64,000 nucleotides of DNA from Takakia lepidozioides (lineage: Eukaryota; Plantae; Bryophyta): NCBI GenBank assembly GCA_030704615.1, contig CM060734.1, positions 5,146,001 through 5,210,000 of the forward strand. Reading direction: 5' to 3'. Below the pieces are notes generated by a model that made no database searches, was not told the DNA's origin, and was given only the letters and a program-made list of their open reading frames with translations. How positions within the stretch are numbered: the first letter of the stretch is position 1; each line of letters opens with the position of its first letter. Shown in pieces: positions 23,813 to 36,700 of this stretch. Both the position numbers and the translations under genes were made by a program.

Positions 23813-26800
23813 CTATCCTGCCTTAGGCTGATATGGAGGTAACTTTTCAGGCATAGGAGATCCCCGTCGTTTCTTTTCCGCCATTTGTATCGCATAATCC
23901 TCAGCCATGTCAAAAGTTTCCTCCACAGAACCAGTAGTATCGGAATCATCTTCCCCCCGTTGGCTGTACTGTTTCCTGACCTTTGGTGGCTTCGTGGGAA
24001 TCCTGACTGGCATACAGTGTATGCCCACCATGTCTGGAAGCTTATATTGTAAAACTTGTGTCAATCTCTTTCGGGCAAGATTAGTATATGCCCGTAGCTC
24101 ATCATCTGTATAGCTGAGTGGTGAGCCAATGACTTTGGAGAAGTGTAGCCACTTCCTGGCTTCATGCCCCTTGGGAAAAATGTGGTCAAGACCCAAGTTC
24201 TCTAGAGCAAAAGTAAACCAAGAACGAAGTTGGGGATCCTTCTAAAGCATGATCCTTACATCATATAGATATGTATGTGGTGGAACTGAAGGTAACATCC
24301 AATGCTCCCCACTGGAATAAGTCTGAAATCTCATCTGCATCTTCTGATGCTCAATGTGATAGCTTGAAATAAAACAAGCAGCATAATACAGTCCACAACC
24401 CATGACCAAACTAGGTACCTCCTTGGTCTTGGTGTAGATGAATCCATGAATAATCTGGAAGGCAATTAATTCCTTCAGCATGGTTCCTGTCTCAGACCAG
24501 TACCGCGCAAAATGGTGATCTTCAATGGGTCTGTCAGTTGGAAGAACTTTAGTCCGAGTTGCCATTAGCAACCAAATGCGCATAATCTGGTAATAGTGTG
24601 CCAAAGACTTTGGAGGACTGAATTCTTTCCAAGCCAAATCCATAACAATGGGAATTTGGTTGAAGGATAGAATCATAGCCCGATTATATTCAAGTGCAGC
24701 AGGAGTAGTAGGTGGGTTAAAAGAAGCATCACCCCAAACCTCAGACAGTGATTGCTGCAGTGCCATGGTATCAACACTGTCGACCTGGTATGGTTGCTGT
24801 GATGTTGTTGCCATAGTCCCTCCTGATGTTGGCAAGTCCTACACTTCCTGTGCTGAAGATTGGAAAATCAAAGTCCTTGCGTGCAAATAAGTAGCCATGA
24901 GCTGTTCCTCAGGAACAAAGGCCCTTTTGTCAATGTTGGAGCTCAAGTCATCCACTTGAGTCTGTAGCCCTTCTACATCCTCATGTAACTCAGCTATCTG
25001 ACTATAGACATTGTCTATAGTGGTTGTAGCAATGTTCTGCACCCGTAACCTGAGATCATTCATCTCGTCTTGAGTGAGCTTTCTTGGTGTTTTCCCTTCC
25101 ACTGGCCCTTGTGTCAACCACTCTTGCAAAAGATGATTATCCACCAAGTCATGTGTAACACCACGGAGATCCTGCTCCTCCTTGAGCCGGTATGCTTCCA
25201 ACTGCTGTTGTAAACTCTCCATGCGCTTTGCATGAGGCTCAACCAGAGCTGCATAGGCAGCTGACAGATTATTGGCTTCTTTCCAAGCTTTTTCACTCAC
25301 AGAAAGTTCATTGTCCCGTACTGTGATGGTTTGCTGCAACTCAAAGATGTACTTGTCCTTCTAGACATCAACCTGGTGGAACTGCTGAATGGTATCCTCA
25401 TTGCGACAGATAGTAGCCTTCATGTCAGCAATGAGTTTCCCCTACTCCATTGACTCTGTCTCCGCCGTTATACATCTCTCAGCTTGGTTCTTGACTTCTA
25501 GTGCAGCCATCTCCAGATTAGTCGTTAGTGTGGCACATTGTATGATCATTTTCTAATGGACTGCTTCCAATTCTGTATGAAGCAACTTCACTTCATGCAA
25601 CTTGCCCTCATGCTGAATCTGTATATGATATAGCTGCTGCTTATGCACTTCATGCAACTTTTCATGCTCAAGACCTGCTTCAATTAAATTTTCCTTCGCA
25701 AGCTGTAGGGCAGCTTTAGTGTCCTCCAACTCTTTTTGCAACTTGAGGTTGGCCTCCACATCCACCCTGTTTGCACACTCAGTGGCAATTCTTGCCTCAA
25801 GCTCTTGCTTGAGCTCCTCCCGCAATGCTGCCAATTGGTGGAAGGAACATGAGTCTTGACATAGGTGCCCAATAGGTTGAGAGTCCTACTTATGCTTATG
25901 GAACACATAAGCATGGCCTACTGTGGGTCTTTATGGAGAACCTGCTGTTGTTCTTCCTCTCTATAGTTTGATGTTTCACAAACCAATCAGGCCATGATCC
26001 CACAAGATCTTCTTCCTGAGCAACCTCATCTTCCACAGGTGTTGCAGTACCCTTACCTTTTACCCCTTTAACCTCCGCCAGAGCTGAGGAAGGCAAGCAT
26101 CACTCTATAGCCTGAAAGGACCAAAGCTACATGACCTACCCAGTACCTGCCCATTACTTTGCGTTCTTGCGCATCAAGCAAGCAAGAATCAAAGATGATA
26201 TGTGCAATAATTGGGCCAGACACAATAATTGGGGACTTGGCAGTAGTATTCTGTAATCGTTTCATCTCCTCCACCAGACGACTGTGCATTATCTCCGCCC
26301 AAACCACATCATCTCCTCTCAAAGCTTTCAAAACCTCCTCCGTAAAAGATCTGCTAAGAAATTGTTGGTTCTATTTCATGGCAAACAAAATGTTTAGTAT
26401 CTGGCCAATCTCCCTCAACCCTGGATACTCGGCTTTGGTGCAAGTAAATCCCTGGTTCCTGAAGAAACTCGTTTCTTGGAAAAGATCCCCTACTTGCAAT
26501 CTTGCCCTGTGCTCATCCACGCTCACATTACCAGATGGTAATTCAAAAAGTTGTTGCAAGTACTGCGGAATAACTTGTATATCTACGCCCTTCACCTGGG
26601 TAACTCCTGTCTTTGGCTCAAAGTTCTTGATGAACTGGATCATCAATTCCCGATGATGCAAAGACCACTCTTTGCGCAACAATCCCTCCAACCGCAATTC
26701 CTTCAGCAGCTGCACTGTCTGTGGTGTGGCGTTTGTTTGCCTCTGTAAGATCGTCGTGCTCTTCACTCGTAGATCCTCCATATCTCTAATTCGCTTCATC

Positions 26801-26922
26801 CCGGACAAACAAGAAGGCCTTGTTTGGAATAACTGCATGAAAGCTTGTAATGCGTATAGCATGAAAGTGTGATTAGCACATAATGGAATAGACAAGTGGG
26901 TGTAAGCCTGCGGGGCTTGCAA
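23813..26922 (-). pseudogene. Extra ORF downstream of the integrase (about 1000 aa, coiled coil), decayed
   Basis: Chain of same-strand ORFs between INT and PPT, with copies at 1118-4165 and 16588-17340. Confidence 0.75.
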
Positions 26923-27948
26923 ATAGTGAGTGAGAGAAAAAATACTTTCGACCTATCCTTCCTTACGCCACTGCGTAAGAAATAGAGCTAGTGTATAGTC
27001 CGTGATATCCGCCATAGCTACAAAGCTATAGCTTTGATTGCCCCTCCCGTCGAGACACTGGTTATCCGGAATAACACCTATTTTTCCGCTCATAATCTTC
27101 TTAATTTCTTGTTCTTGTTTCTTGTTTCTTGAATGGAGTCTCTAGCACAAAATTGATTGGCCGTTGCATCATTAGGTAACTTCTCATTTTTACCCTAATC
27201 TGTTCACATTCCATCTTGGAATGACCACGAGGACTGCATATGTGGCAAAGGTTCCCCTTTGCCGGACGCGTAAAGTGTTCCGTTACCTGTCCTCTTGATG
27301 CATCAATGGGCTCATAATAAGTTTCGGCTGATGTACCGGGTAGGTACTTCGACGGCCCTGTTTGTCTTCTTGTGTGATGACGCTCATTATTGCAGTACAT
27401 GCAATGCGGAGTGCTTTGCCCCTTAGGCCACGTATTTGAATTCAAACACTCTCCTGTCTCCCTCTGTCTGCGTGGCACATTCTCCGAGTTTGACTTCCAA
27501 ACTGTCTTTACACTTACCGGCCACTTAACTGACGTTAACTCGTGTCCATCTGTCACTGCCCCTATGGACTGTGCGACCTGTGTGGGCTGTGTAGCCTGTG
27601 TTGGGCTGTGACAAGCTGTGGTAAGCTGTAATATGCTGTAATAGGCTGTGGTGGGTTGTGATATGTTGTGTTAGACTGTGGTGGACTGTGATGGCTGTGT
27701 GAACACCTGTGTGCTCTGCTATGGCTGTACACATTCGGCTTTATGACAAGTGCTTCATGCTCCGCTGGTGCTACTGGTGTAGTCTGTGACTGCATCTGTG
27801 TTTCAAGATGCAAATCATGCTGCAATGGTCTATCATGGATACCACTGTACCCCTTCAACTTATTGGCATTGACTCTATCAAGCATCTCTTTGTTAATGGT
27901 TTGTAACATATATGAGTTGTTATCATACATCTTCTGTATGACATAAGG

Positions 27949-28858
27949 TCATTTCCATGGTGATTTAAGCTTAGAAGCTTTAATCTTTCCCTTCTTCTGC
28001 AACCACAGTACCAAATCATCTATCTTAAAAGTCTTCAATTTACCTTCATCAAACTGATCCTTCCTCTTCATCTGAATTCTGGTCATGTTATCTGCTGCAT
28101 CAACACGTACTTCTTCCACATGATATAGTTCATGTTTCCTTACTTTAATTGAATCCTCCAATTCCATTCTCCTCCCCCATTCAGTTCTCATGGTAGGTAA
28201 TAAGAATTCCACTGGAAGTAAAGCTTCCATACCATAAACTAATTGGAATGGTGTATACTTGGTGGTGACTTTATATGAAGTCCTGTATGACCACAAAGCT
28301 GTCAACAGCTTTGTATCCCAGTCTGTCCTGTTCGCATTGACTATCTTAGCCAAGATAGTGCATAGTATTTTGTTGGTGGCATCCGCCTGCCCATTGCCCT
28401 GTGGGTAATAGGTTGTACTCTTCCTGTGCACAATCATGAACTCCTTAGTCAATAGTTCAATGGTCTCATTAATGAAATGACTTCCCTGGTCACTGATAAA
28501 TTCCAGGGGACAACCAAATCTTGTGAGAATGTTCTCATATAGGAACCTTGCTGTGGACTTAGCTGTGTTGTCCCTCAGAGCCTTAGCTTCCACCCATTTT
28601 GTGGTATAATCAGTGGCTGTGATTATATACTTGTGGTGGATTAATTGGTCCAACAAAGTCTAATCCCCATTTCTGGAATGGTTCAGTAGGCATCGTAGGA
28701 TGCAAAGCCATCTTCCCAGATCTTTGCAAAGGTCCTAGCCTCTGACACTCATCGCGACTCTTGCAATACTTGTGTACATCTCTAAACAAAGTAGGCCACC
28801 AATAACCTGCAAGTAGTATTTTCCTACTGGTAGTCTCTTCTCCAAAGTGGCCTCCAGC
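27949..28858 (-). pseudogene. Gypsy integrase core
   Basis: TDYTTKWVEA, ISDQGSHF and YYPQGNGQAD motifs. HFGEETT rejoins HKGVAGG at 40400 across the MULE. Confidence 0.9.
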
Positions 28859-29277
28859 GAGCGTAGCTACGGCGTGAGCCCAGCCCCGTGAGCCTGGGAG
28901 CTGAGCTCACGTTCAAGCTACAAAGCGTGAGCTGAGTTCACGCTTCAGGGAAGCGTGAGCGGCACGAATCTGCTGGAGAAGAAGGTCCTATAGGCGAGGA
29001 TTGCAGGAAGAGGGCCTATTACCGTGGACAAAACAAAGGGGGCCAACACACACCATGTCTGCAATGCCCGCTCAAAAACAGAAATATGAAAACATGGCAG
29101 ATTTGAGCTCAGAATGATTGTCACAGTTTATTTCAATTCACAGATAGACGCTTACAATGAATTGCATGTGCATTTGCCCTGGTTCCGTAAACGAAATCCA
29201 TATGTTTGTCAGAAATGCAAAGTCTTCACACGGCAACCTGCAAACCAGCATGGGAAGCGGGCATGGCTCGTATGTGT

Positions 29278-32200
29278 TCAAAGAGAAGTTGGCGGAGCTC
29301 CACGCGAGGTGTCCCGCTGTAGAAGGGTGTTCACTTCTCCATAGCCTAGTGTGGCTTGGTGGATGAATTGGTCTCTCTTACCGTCGCAACACATAATCAC
29401 AAGGTATATGTCATATTGATGCTTGCAGGGGACCCACTTCCCTCTCATGCCGAGAGCGCCCTCACGCATCGTTACAAAGTCCGGACAAGTGCACGAAGGG
29501 AAATTCCCGACGGTAACCTGATATTCTTTGCCATGAAGAACTGACCCAATTGACAGCACTGTGTAAATCCGTCCATACCCCGGAGAAGGGACTTCGGTGA
29601 TACGAGACACCCGAGCCTGCAAAATTCTAGCAGATTCCATCTTGCATTCGTGATCTGCACCCGAAGCGAAACGGCGCACTGTTTTTCCATCTCTTTTTGT
29701 TGGGTGGGAGTCGGCACCGGGTGGTGGCATTGCCGGAGCATGTGGCACATCTGTGCCAACAGTGCATGAGGGCACCACCCGGGACCGTGCAAGACAGAAC
29801 CCTCCCTCCTCCAGCATGCTTATCTCGGTTGATGACAGCGACGTCCCAATTTGCACAGGCCAAATTGCGGGGGGAGGGGGTTTCATTATCACCGAAGGAC
29901 GAACTGTTCCCTTCACGCATCGTGCCATATCGTCTGGGCAGAACCAAAATTTGTGGTCCTTTGACTCCCCACTATGATAAGGTCGGAACAACCCTGTGAA
30001 TGTTGGAGCTGGAGTCCCCCTGGAGCCTTTGCATATCTTTGATTTGCATTTCTTGAATGAGGGGGTCCGAATTGCCATGCAAGCCACTCTAGATCCTGGT
30101 GGGGTGCGTTCTATATGCCACTCACTATCAATGCAATCGGATTCCTGCACCATGGCCACCACCTCCTCCAATGGGATTCCCGCTGCTGTGCTTGTATGTT
30201 CTGCACCTGCTCCACTGGAGGAGGACCCACCTGGGAAGGGGCGGGCACACGACTCAGTCTGCAGTGGAGACACCTTTGGCACAGAGAAATTGACCCTGTC
30301 TGGCCGATGGGAATCTCCATCTGACCCTGGAAGAGTGTTCAATTTCCTTTTGCATGATCCAAATCTTTCCTCGCCTTCCAAATGGGGGAGCCTGGATTGT
30401 AGAGGGGACCCTTCAGTGCATCTGTTTAGAGCTCTGGCCATCTTTGACGGGACTCCGGACCTACTCGCAACCCTTAGCATCAACAAAGTCGTATCAGGGC
30501 CCTTGCCTCCACCCCGTCCCATCAGAAAATTGCGGTACCTGGTTTGTTGTGTAAGTGCACACACCATGTCATCAGCAGTGGCCACATACAGTCATGACCT
30601 GCTTTGGTAGACTGCTGCATCCAGGCGTTGTGAACAGTCTCCGCCAAATTACAGGATGGCATGTCGGCCAAGTCCTCCAAGGACATGTCCTGCAGGAGGC
30701 ATTGCATGGATATGTGAGGAACGAAAACAAATGGTAGAGGTTCTTCAAGTGACAATCGAAGAACCCCAAATGAACAGGCACGATGCAAAATTTCTGTTTT
30801 TGGGATTGAAGAGGCTTACCGTCGTCATGAAAGCTCCCCACTGTCTGTACCTGAAGTGCCAGAAAACCAACCAGTCCTCCAACTCCTTTACGTGGGTACC
30901 TGTTGCAGCACCAGAGGAGAACCACCAAGCCCGGATTGCCTGGTAAGTGCTCTCAGCTTCTCCCATTGAGGTGGCATTCTTGTACTTGAGACAGAGCCTT
31001 CTGTGCTCCAACTGCAGGTCAGGGCGAATGCAGCGCTTTGTATGACGTGCCAGAGATTGAGTCCAATGGAAGAGGCATGTGCGCTCCCTATTTTCCATTG
31101 GGACCTTAGGATCCCCCAAACCAAACACGCGTCGCACTGCATTGAAATTTGCCTGTGCACTATCAGCCATGAAGCCCGCAAAATTTGTGTTTTGTATTCC
31201 ATTGCGCTGCATGACGGCCAAGAGCGAATTCCACATGAGCATCTGGGATTCAGTGTCCTCCGACTGCATATCACAAATTGCTATGGAGAGCACACGCTGG
31301 TACGCCGGATCATACACATGGCACGCCATGGTTGTCCAACCCTTCACCCGTTTGCAGTGATCAAACATTAACCAACATTTAGCCAAATCTCCTCCTGGTT
31401 GCATACGGCGGACAATGCTCACACCACTGCCTTCGCCCACAGCGGACATCTTGAACAAATACACCTTGGACGAGCCCTGGCCAGGGAAGATACTGTTTTG
31501 AATGAATTCATAGCGACTCCTCCGTTTCAGGTCCATAATGTTGTCCATGAATCCAGCAGTGCCTGTGCCCATTCTGAGTGCATTCACCTGGTTTCGAATA
31601 TTGGGAGAGCTCAACACGGAGAAATGGTCCATGACTGCATTAAGCGAATCTGCATCCAGCATAAGTTGTGTCGCATCCCCTTCACCCAGTATGTGTTTCT
31701 CCAGGAATGCCTTGCTAGCTGCAAGCGCTATAGCAGAAGGTGTTGCACAAGGGGCATTGTGGAACTCCTGCTTCAGCAGATTTCTAGCGATGTCCACGCT
31801 ATCCCTGCAACTTCCTTTGGACACAGGATGCTCGTGTGCACCCATATGAATGCAGGCACGAGTCATTGTCTTGCATCGGTGTGCCACCTGATACATACGA
31901 GCGTGGCACACAGAAACACAGGACGGGGAAAGTTTGCAAAACCTGCACACAAAAGTATTGGTCCTGGGAGGGGCAAGCCCTGGGGTGAAAGGATTCAGGG
32001 GCACACCTTCCCACTCACTTTCGTTTGGTTGAGCGCTGTTTCTCAGCCGAGGGCAAGAAATATTCTGGCACTTACAATGCCCAACGCAGACCGACCTCCG
32101 AAATTTCAAGCCAATGTCGTTATGGATGTTCGACGTTTTTGTCCTGCACCAAGGATGTCCGTCATGTTTCTTGTCCATGCCCTGCAAAAGCCCAGCCAGT

Positions 32201-32853
32201 CCAGTGGAAGAGGTGGGAGGGTTGAGCTCAAACAGGATGTCCCCATCAAACTGTGCTGGCACGTATTGAACCCGTTGCACAGGAAGGGACTCCCAATCAA
32301 CAAAACGCAGCTCGCTCTTGCACCCAGGCACACCTGCGAGGGCTTTCAATTTTGGAATGACACTCGTTATCTCTTGCAATTCGTCATCATCCAATGACGG
32401 AGTCTGCACTGGCGGAGGAATCTCAGAAACATCCTCCGAGGACGAGTCTGAAAGAGTCACGAAGGTAGTGGATGTGCTCACCTCTTGTTTCACAGGAACT
32501 GTGCCCTTCTGTTGCACGACCGATGCTGCAGTGCCAGGGGTAACGACTAATCCTGCTGATTGTCTTCTCTCTTTTCCAAGGACACGGTATGTGCCTGGAA
32601 GGACTCTCCACTTCCTTCCACACTTGCCAACCAATGGTTTCTCCAAGTGCCCAGAATCCAAATTCCCATCCTCGTCATACACCTCTTTTTGAACAAGGAG
32701 AGAACCCAACTCCAGCGGGAACACTGTAACCAGCTCATCCTCATGAACAACTGCAAACCCATCGTCGTCTGCAGTGGCAGTCAGTGGAAGAGTACCTGCA
32801 TTGGAATGGAATCGAGCAAGTGTATCTCGCTCCCTCGACATGTTTTCCCTCAC
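29278..32853 (-). CDS. MULE DDE transposase with an N-terminal Cys/His (WRKY/GCM-like) domain and a C-terminal SWIM finger; one intron and one frameshift
   Basis: LMFD...FMAD...CLFH...NLAETVH (D, D, CxxH, E). SWIM CTCPDF...CKH. GT-AG intron 30819-30690. Frameshift near 30590. Confidence 0.85.
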
Positions 32854-33787
32854 TGAACGAAAGTTGCGGAATCCTCGAACTGATAGCCCGCAATCACCGA
32901 AAGGGGAATTAAGACAAGCAAACTGAGGTCAACAAGGGTAGCTCCAACCCAAAGGTTGCGGGTGATGCATGCAAAGGATGTAGGGATGAGATGCACCTTC
33001 ACTTCGGAAACAGCAACGCTAAGAGGCACTAACCAGAAAAACTGTTTTCAAATACTACAAGAAGCCGTGCTGTTTATGGATGAAAACAAACACTGAAAAC
33101 GACATGAAACCATCATTATGAAAAGACGGCAACAACCCTGGAGAGCAGTAAACATGAAGACCACAAATGTCATGAGGTTGTGCTGTGCCAGAAGAGCACA
33201 ACACAAACACTGACACTGCAGAAGATACCTCGCACGAATGCGTGCCAGACATGGTCGTATCCGACAGAACCCTTTATGCCGAATGACCCCATGGCGACGG
33301 TTACGGCAAAATGCAAACCACAGGGTAGGCAGTACAACACACGTGGATGCATATGTGAAGCATAACAATTATTGCGGATCTGCAAGAACTGCTCGAAAAT
33401 GAACTAGCATTAGATTTCTACGGCACATCCGAATTTGAAAGAAAGCAAGAAGGCCGCGGTGTATTGGCAGGCGGCGCAGTACATCTGACATATATCGCTA
33501 GTGCATGCAACGGATGTACTTTTTTTCTAGCGCTTTATTACTTGGATAATACGGAGACGACGGAATGGATGAATTCCGTTCGCACACAATAACAACACCC
33601 GCATCCAAATATGGTTGACAACGTCCAATTTCGATTTTGGTTACATGCCATAGCAGCACTTGTTACAAACGTCAAACTGGAGAGCTCTAGAGGCATCGTG
33701 GGGAGCCCTTGTTTCCAGCGGAGGAGGAAGAGAAGGAAGTCACTATACTTCACGAGCTCTAGAAACAGGAATAGAGCCAGAGATAGA

Positions 33788-36700
33788 ATGAGGATGGAAA
33801 GAGTGGACAAAGAGGAAAAGGAGGTAGAAGAGGGAGTAGAGGAAAGTGTGGCGATGGAGGAGCAGGAATCAGCAGAAGAACAGCAGCCCGCCATAGTTCC
33901 AAGAACAGATGAAGATGACACTGCATCTGAGGGAGAGACAGACGAGATGGAAGAGGATGTTGAAGGTGGCCTCACGAGGAGTCTGCCTGCAGGAAAGAGG
34001 AAGGGGGAGAGGCTCACATACACGCTCGGCGCAGAGAGCAGCCCGAAGCGCAAAGGGTCCCCGGCAATTGGGGAGTCTTCTGGAGCAGCCAAGAAAAAGG
34101 TGAAATCTTTAAGACCCACATTTGTGTTTCGTTGCTGATATGAATATAGCCCACACAGGACATCTGCACCAGGCTGAAAGCACCACAAACTGGAAGCTCA
34201 AACAGTGTGCGTTGACGCACACTGTTTGGGCCTACCAATTTGCTTGATTGTTCAGGTGCGAAACGCCCAAACTTGGGCACTACAGCAGGTTCAATACAAC
34301 CCAAATTGCAAGCTCAATCAGTGTGAGTTGAGCTGAAAATTTCACTGCTGTTTCCGACTGGATATCGGTTTTCCAGGATATGTATGTCAGGACGAGAGAA
34401 CCCTTCAGTGGCAGCTCAAACAGTGTGCGTCGGCGCACACTGTTTGAGCTCTACATGTCACGGTTTTCTCCGTGTTGAATTCGCCCTTTAGGGCACGTTT
34501 CTGAGGATGAAAGAATCCCTCACTAGCAGCTCAAACAGTGTGCGTCAACGCACACTGTTTGAGCTCTACATGTCACGGTTTTCTCCGATTGAAATTCGGC
34601 ATTTAGGGCACGTTTCTGAGGATGAAAGAATCCCTCACTGGCAGCTCAAACAGTGTGCGTCAACGCACACTGTTTGAGCTGTACATGTCACTATTTTCTT
34701 GGTGTTAAATTCGGACTTCCAGGGCAGGTTTATGACGATGAAATAACCATTCAGTGGCAGCTCAAACAGTGTGCGTTGGCGCACACTGTTTGAGCTGAAC
34801 ATGTAAGTGTTTTTTCCGAGTTAAATACGGACTTCCAGGGCAGGTTTTTCAAGATGAAATAACCATTCAGTGGCAGCTCAAACAGTGTGCGTTGGCGCAC
34901 ACTGTTTGAGCTGAACATGTAAGTGTTTTTTCCGATTGAAATTCAACCTTTAGGGCACGTTTCTGGGGATGAAAGAATCCCTCACTGGCAGCTCAAACAG
35001 TGTGCATCAACGCACACTGTTTGAGCTATACATGTCACTGTGTTTTTGGTGTTAAATTCGGACTTCCAGGGCAGGTTTATGATGATAAAATAACCATTCA
35101 GTGGCAGCTGAAACAGTGTGCGTTGGCGCACACTGTTTGAGTTGAACATGTAAGTGTTTTTTCCGATTGAAATTCGACCTTTAGGGCACGTTTTTGGGGA
35201 TGAAATAATCCCTCATTGACAGCTCAAACAGTGTGCGTCAACGCACACTGTTTGAGCTGTACATGTCACTGTTTTTTTGGTGTTAAATTTGGACTTCCAG
35301 GGCAGGTTTTTGAAGATGAAATAACCATTCAGTGGCAGCTCAAACAGTGTGCGTTGGCGCACACTGTTTGAGCTGAACATGTAAGTGTTTTTTCCGAGTT
35401 AAATTCGGACTTCCAGGGCAGGTTTCTGAGGATGGAAGAATCCCTCACTGGCAACTCAAACAGTGTGCGTCAACGCACACTGTTTGAGCTGGACATGTCA
35501 CACTGTTCGAACTCACCTTTTCATTTTTTTCATCCGAAATCGGCCGCATATCTTGGAGTTTACAATGAACACTTACCTGGCACAAGTAGATGTTCAATGA
35601 TCATTTACCTGGCAAGTGAAACAGTGTGCGTCAACGCACACTATTTGAGCCCACTTTTACATTGTCTTTTTCTGTGGAATTCGGCAACATAGGACATGTC
35701 TGTGAGGGTCAATGTACACTTACCTGGCAGCTTAAAATAGTGTGCGTCAACACACACTCTTTGAGCCCACTTTTTCATGCCTCAGCCGACATTTCATGCC
35801 TCTCTAATATCAAGTTGAATGAACAACCCTGCAGGAGAAGATGCAAAGTGTGGCAGATGAGGTCCCTTCGGGTCAGGAGAAGGAGATAATTGTTGATGTG
35901 GACGATGAGTTCTATGAAAGCAAAGCCGCTGAGATGCTGGGGGGTCAGAAGGTAAACTCTCAGCTTGTGGTGCAAAGTATGCTTGCCCCGGGTGGGAGGT
36001 TGAAGATTCCCCTGTGTAGGTTGGTTTCCATGCCCGTCGTTCGTCCACCCCTCGTCAAGGACATTCTCAACCTGGAGGCCGAGTTTGTTCATGGGTATTT
36101 GGATGGATCCGCAGTCTTTTACGTTTCTACTAGGGATTCCAAAGGTAATGAGTTCCTCGTGGATGAGTCAATCGTGGACTCCTGGGACCCCATTTAGAGA
36201 CAGCTGAACGAATCCTTCGAACTTCTTCTCTCCAGGAAACCTTCCACCCAGGTATTCTCGGGAAAGATGTTTCACGTTTGGGATGGGAACCACCGCTTGC
36301 TTGCATGGATGGCTGTCATTGGGAGGCTGCACTCACAGGAGGAAGAGTGGCATTACTCTGTTCGATCGATGGTGCTGGATTGTGACGGGAACATGATGGG
36401 TCTTCTGACGGCAATGAATGATGTGAACAGGTTGGTTTCTCATTCTACATGTTCCACTTGTGGTTCCGTTCTTCTTTGATTGAAGACCTTGAATTTCATT
36501 CTGACTTACAGATATCATTCTGCAGAGGAACGGAGACATCGCATGTCAAAACGAGTTTGGTTCACACACTGTATAGGATACAAAGGATCGGGCAGATGCC
36601 CTTGACCAACTTCAAGACCATCCTTTCAGCGGAGATGTACAAGAAGTGCGAAAGCTCCAAGACATCGGAAACGTGGTATTCGTTGACCCGTGAGGCTTTC

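Noticed and set aside
29996-32692. Plus-strand ORFs of 204 and 332 aa
   Set aside because: Antisense shadows of the transposase with no motifs.
34195-35768. CRISPR array
   Set aside because: Linkers are about 75 bp and homologous to each other (two alternating types) rather than unique spacers. There are no cas genes, and the context is a eukaryotic intron.
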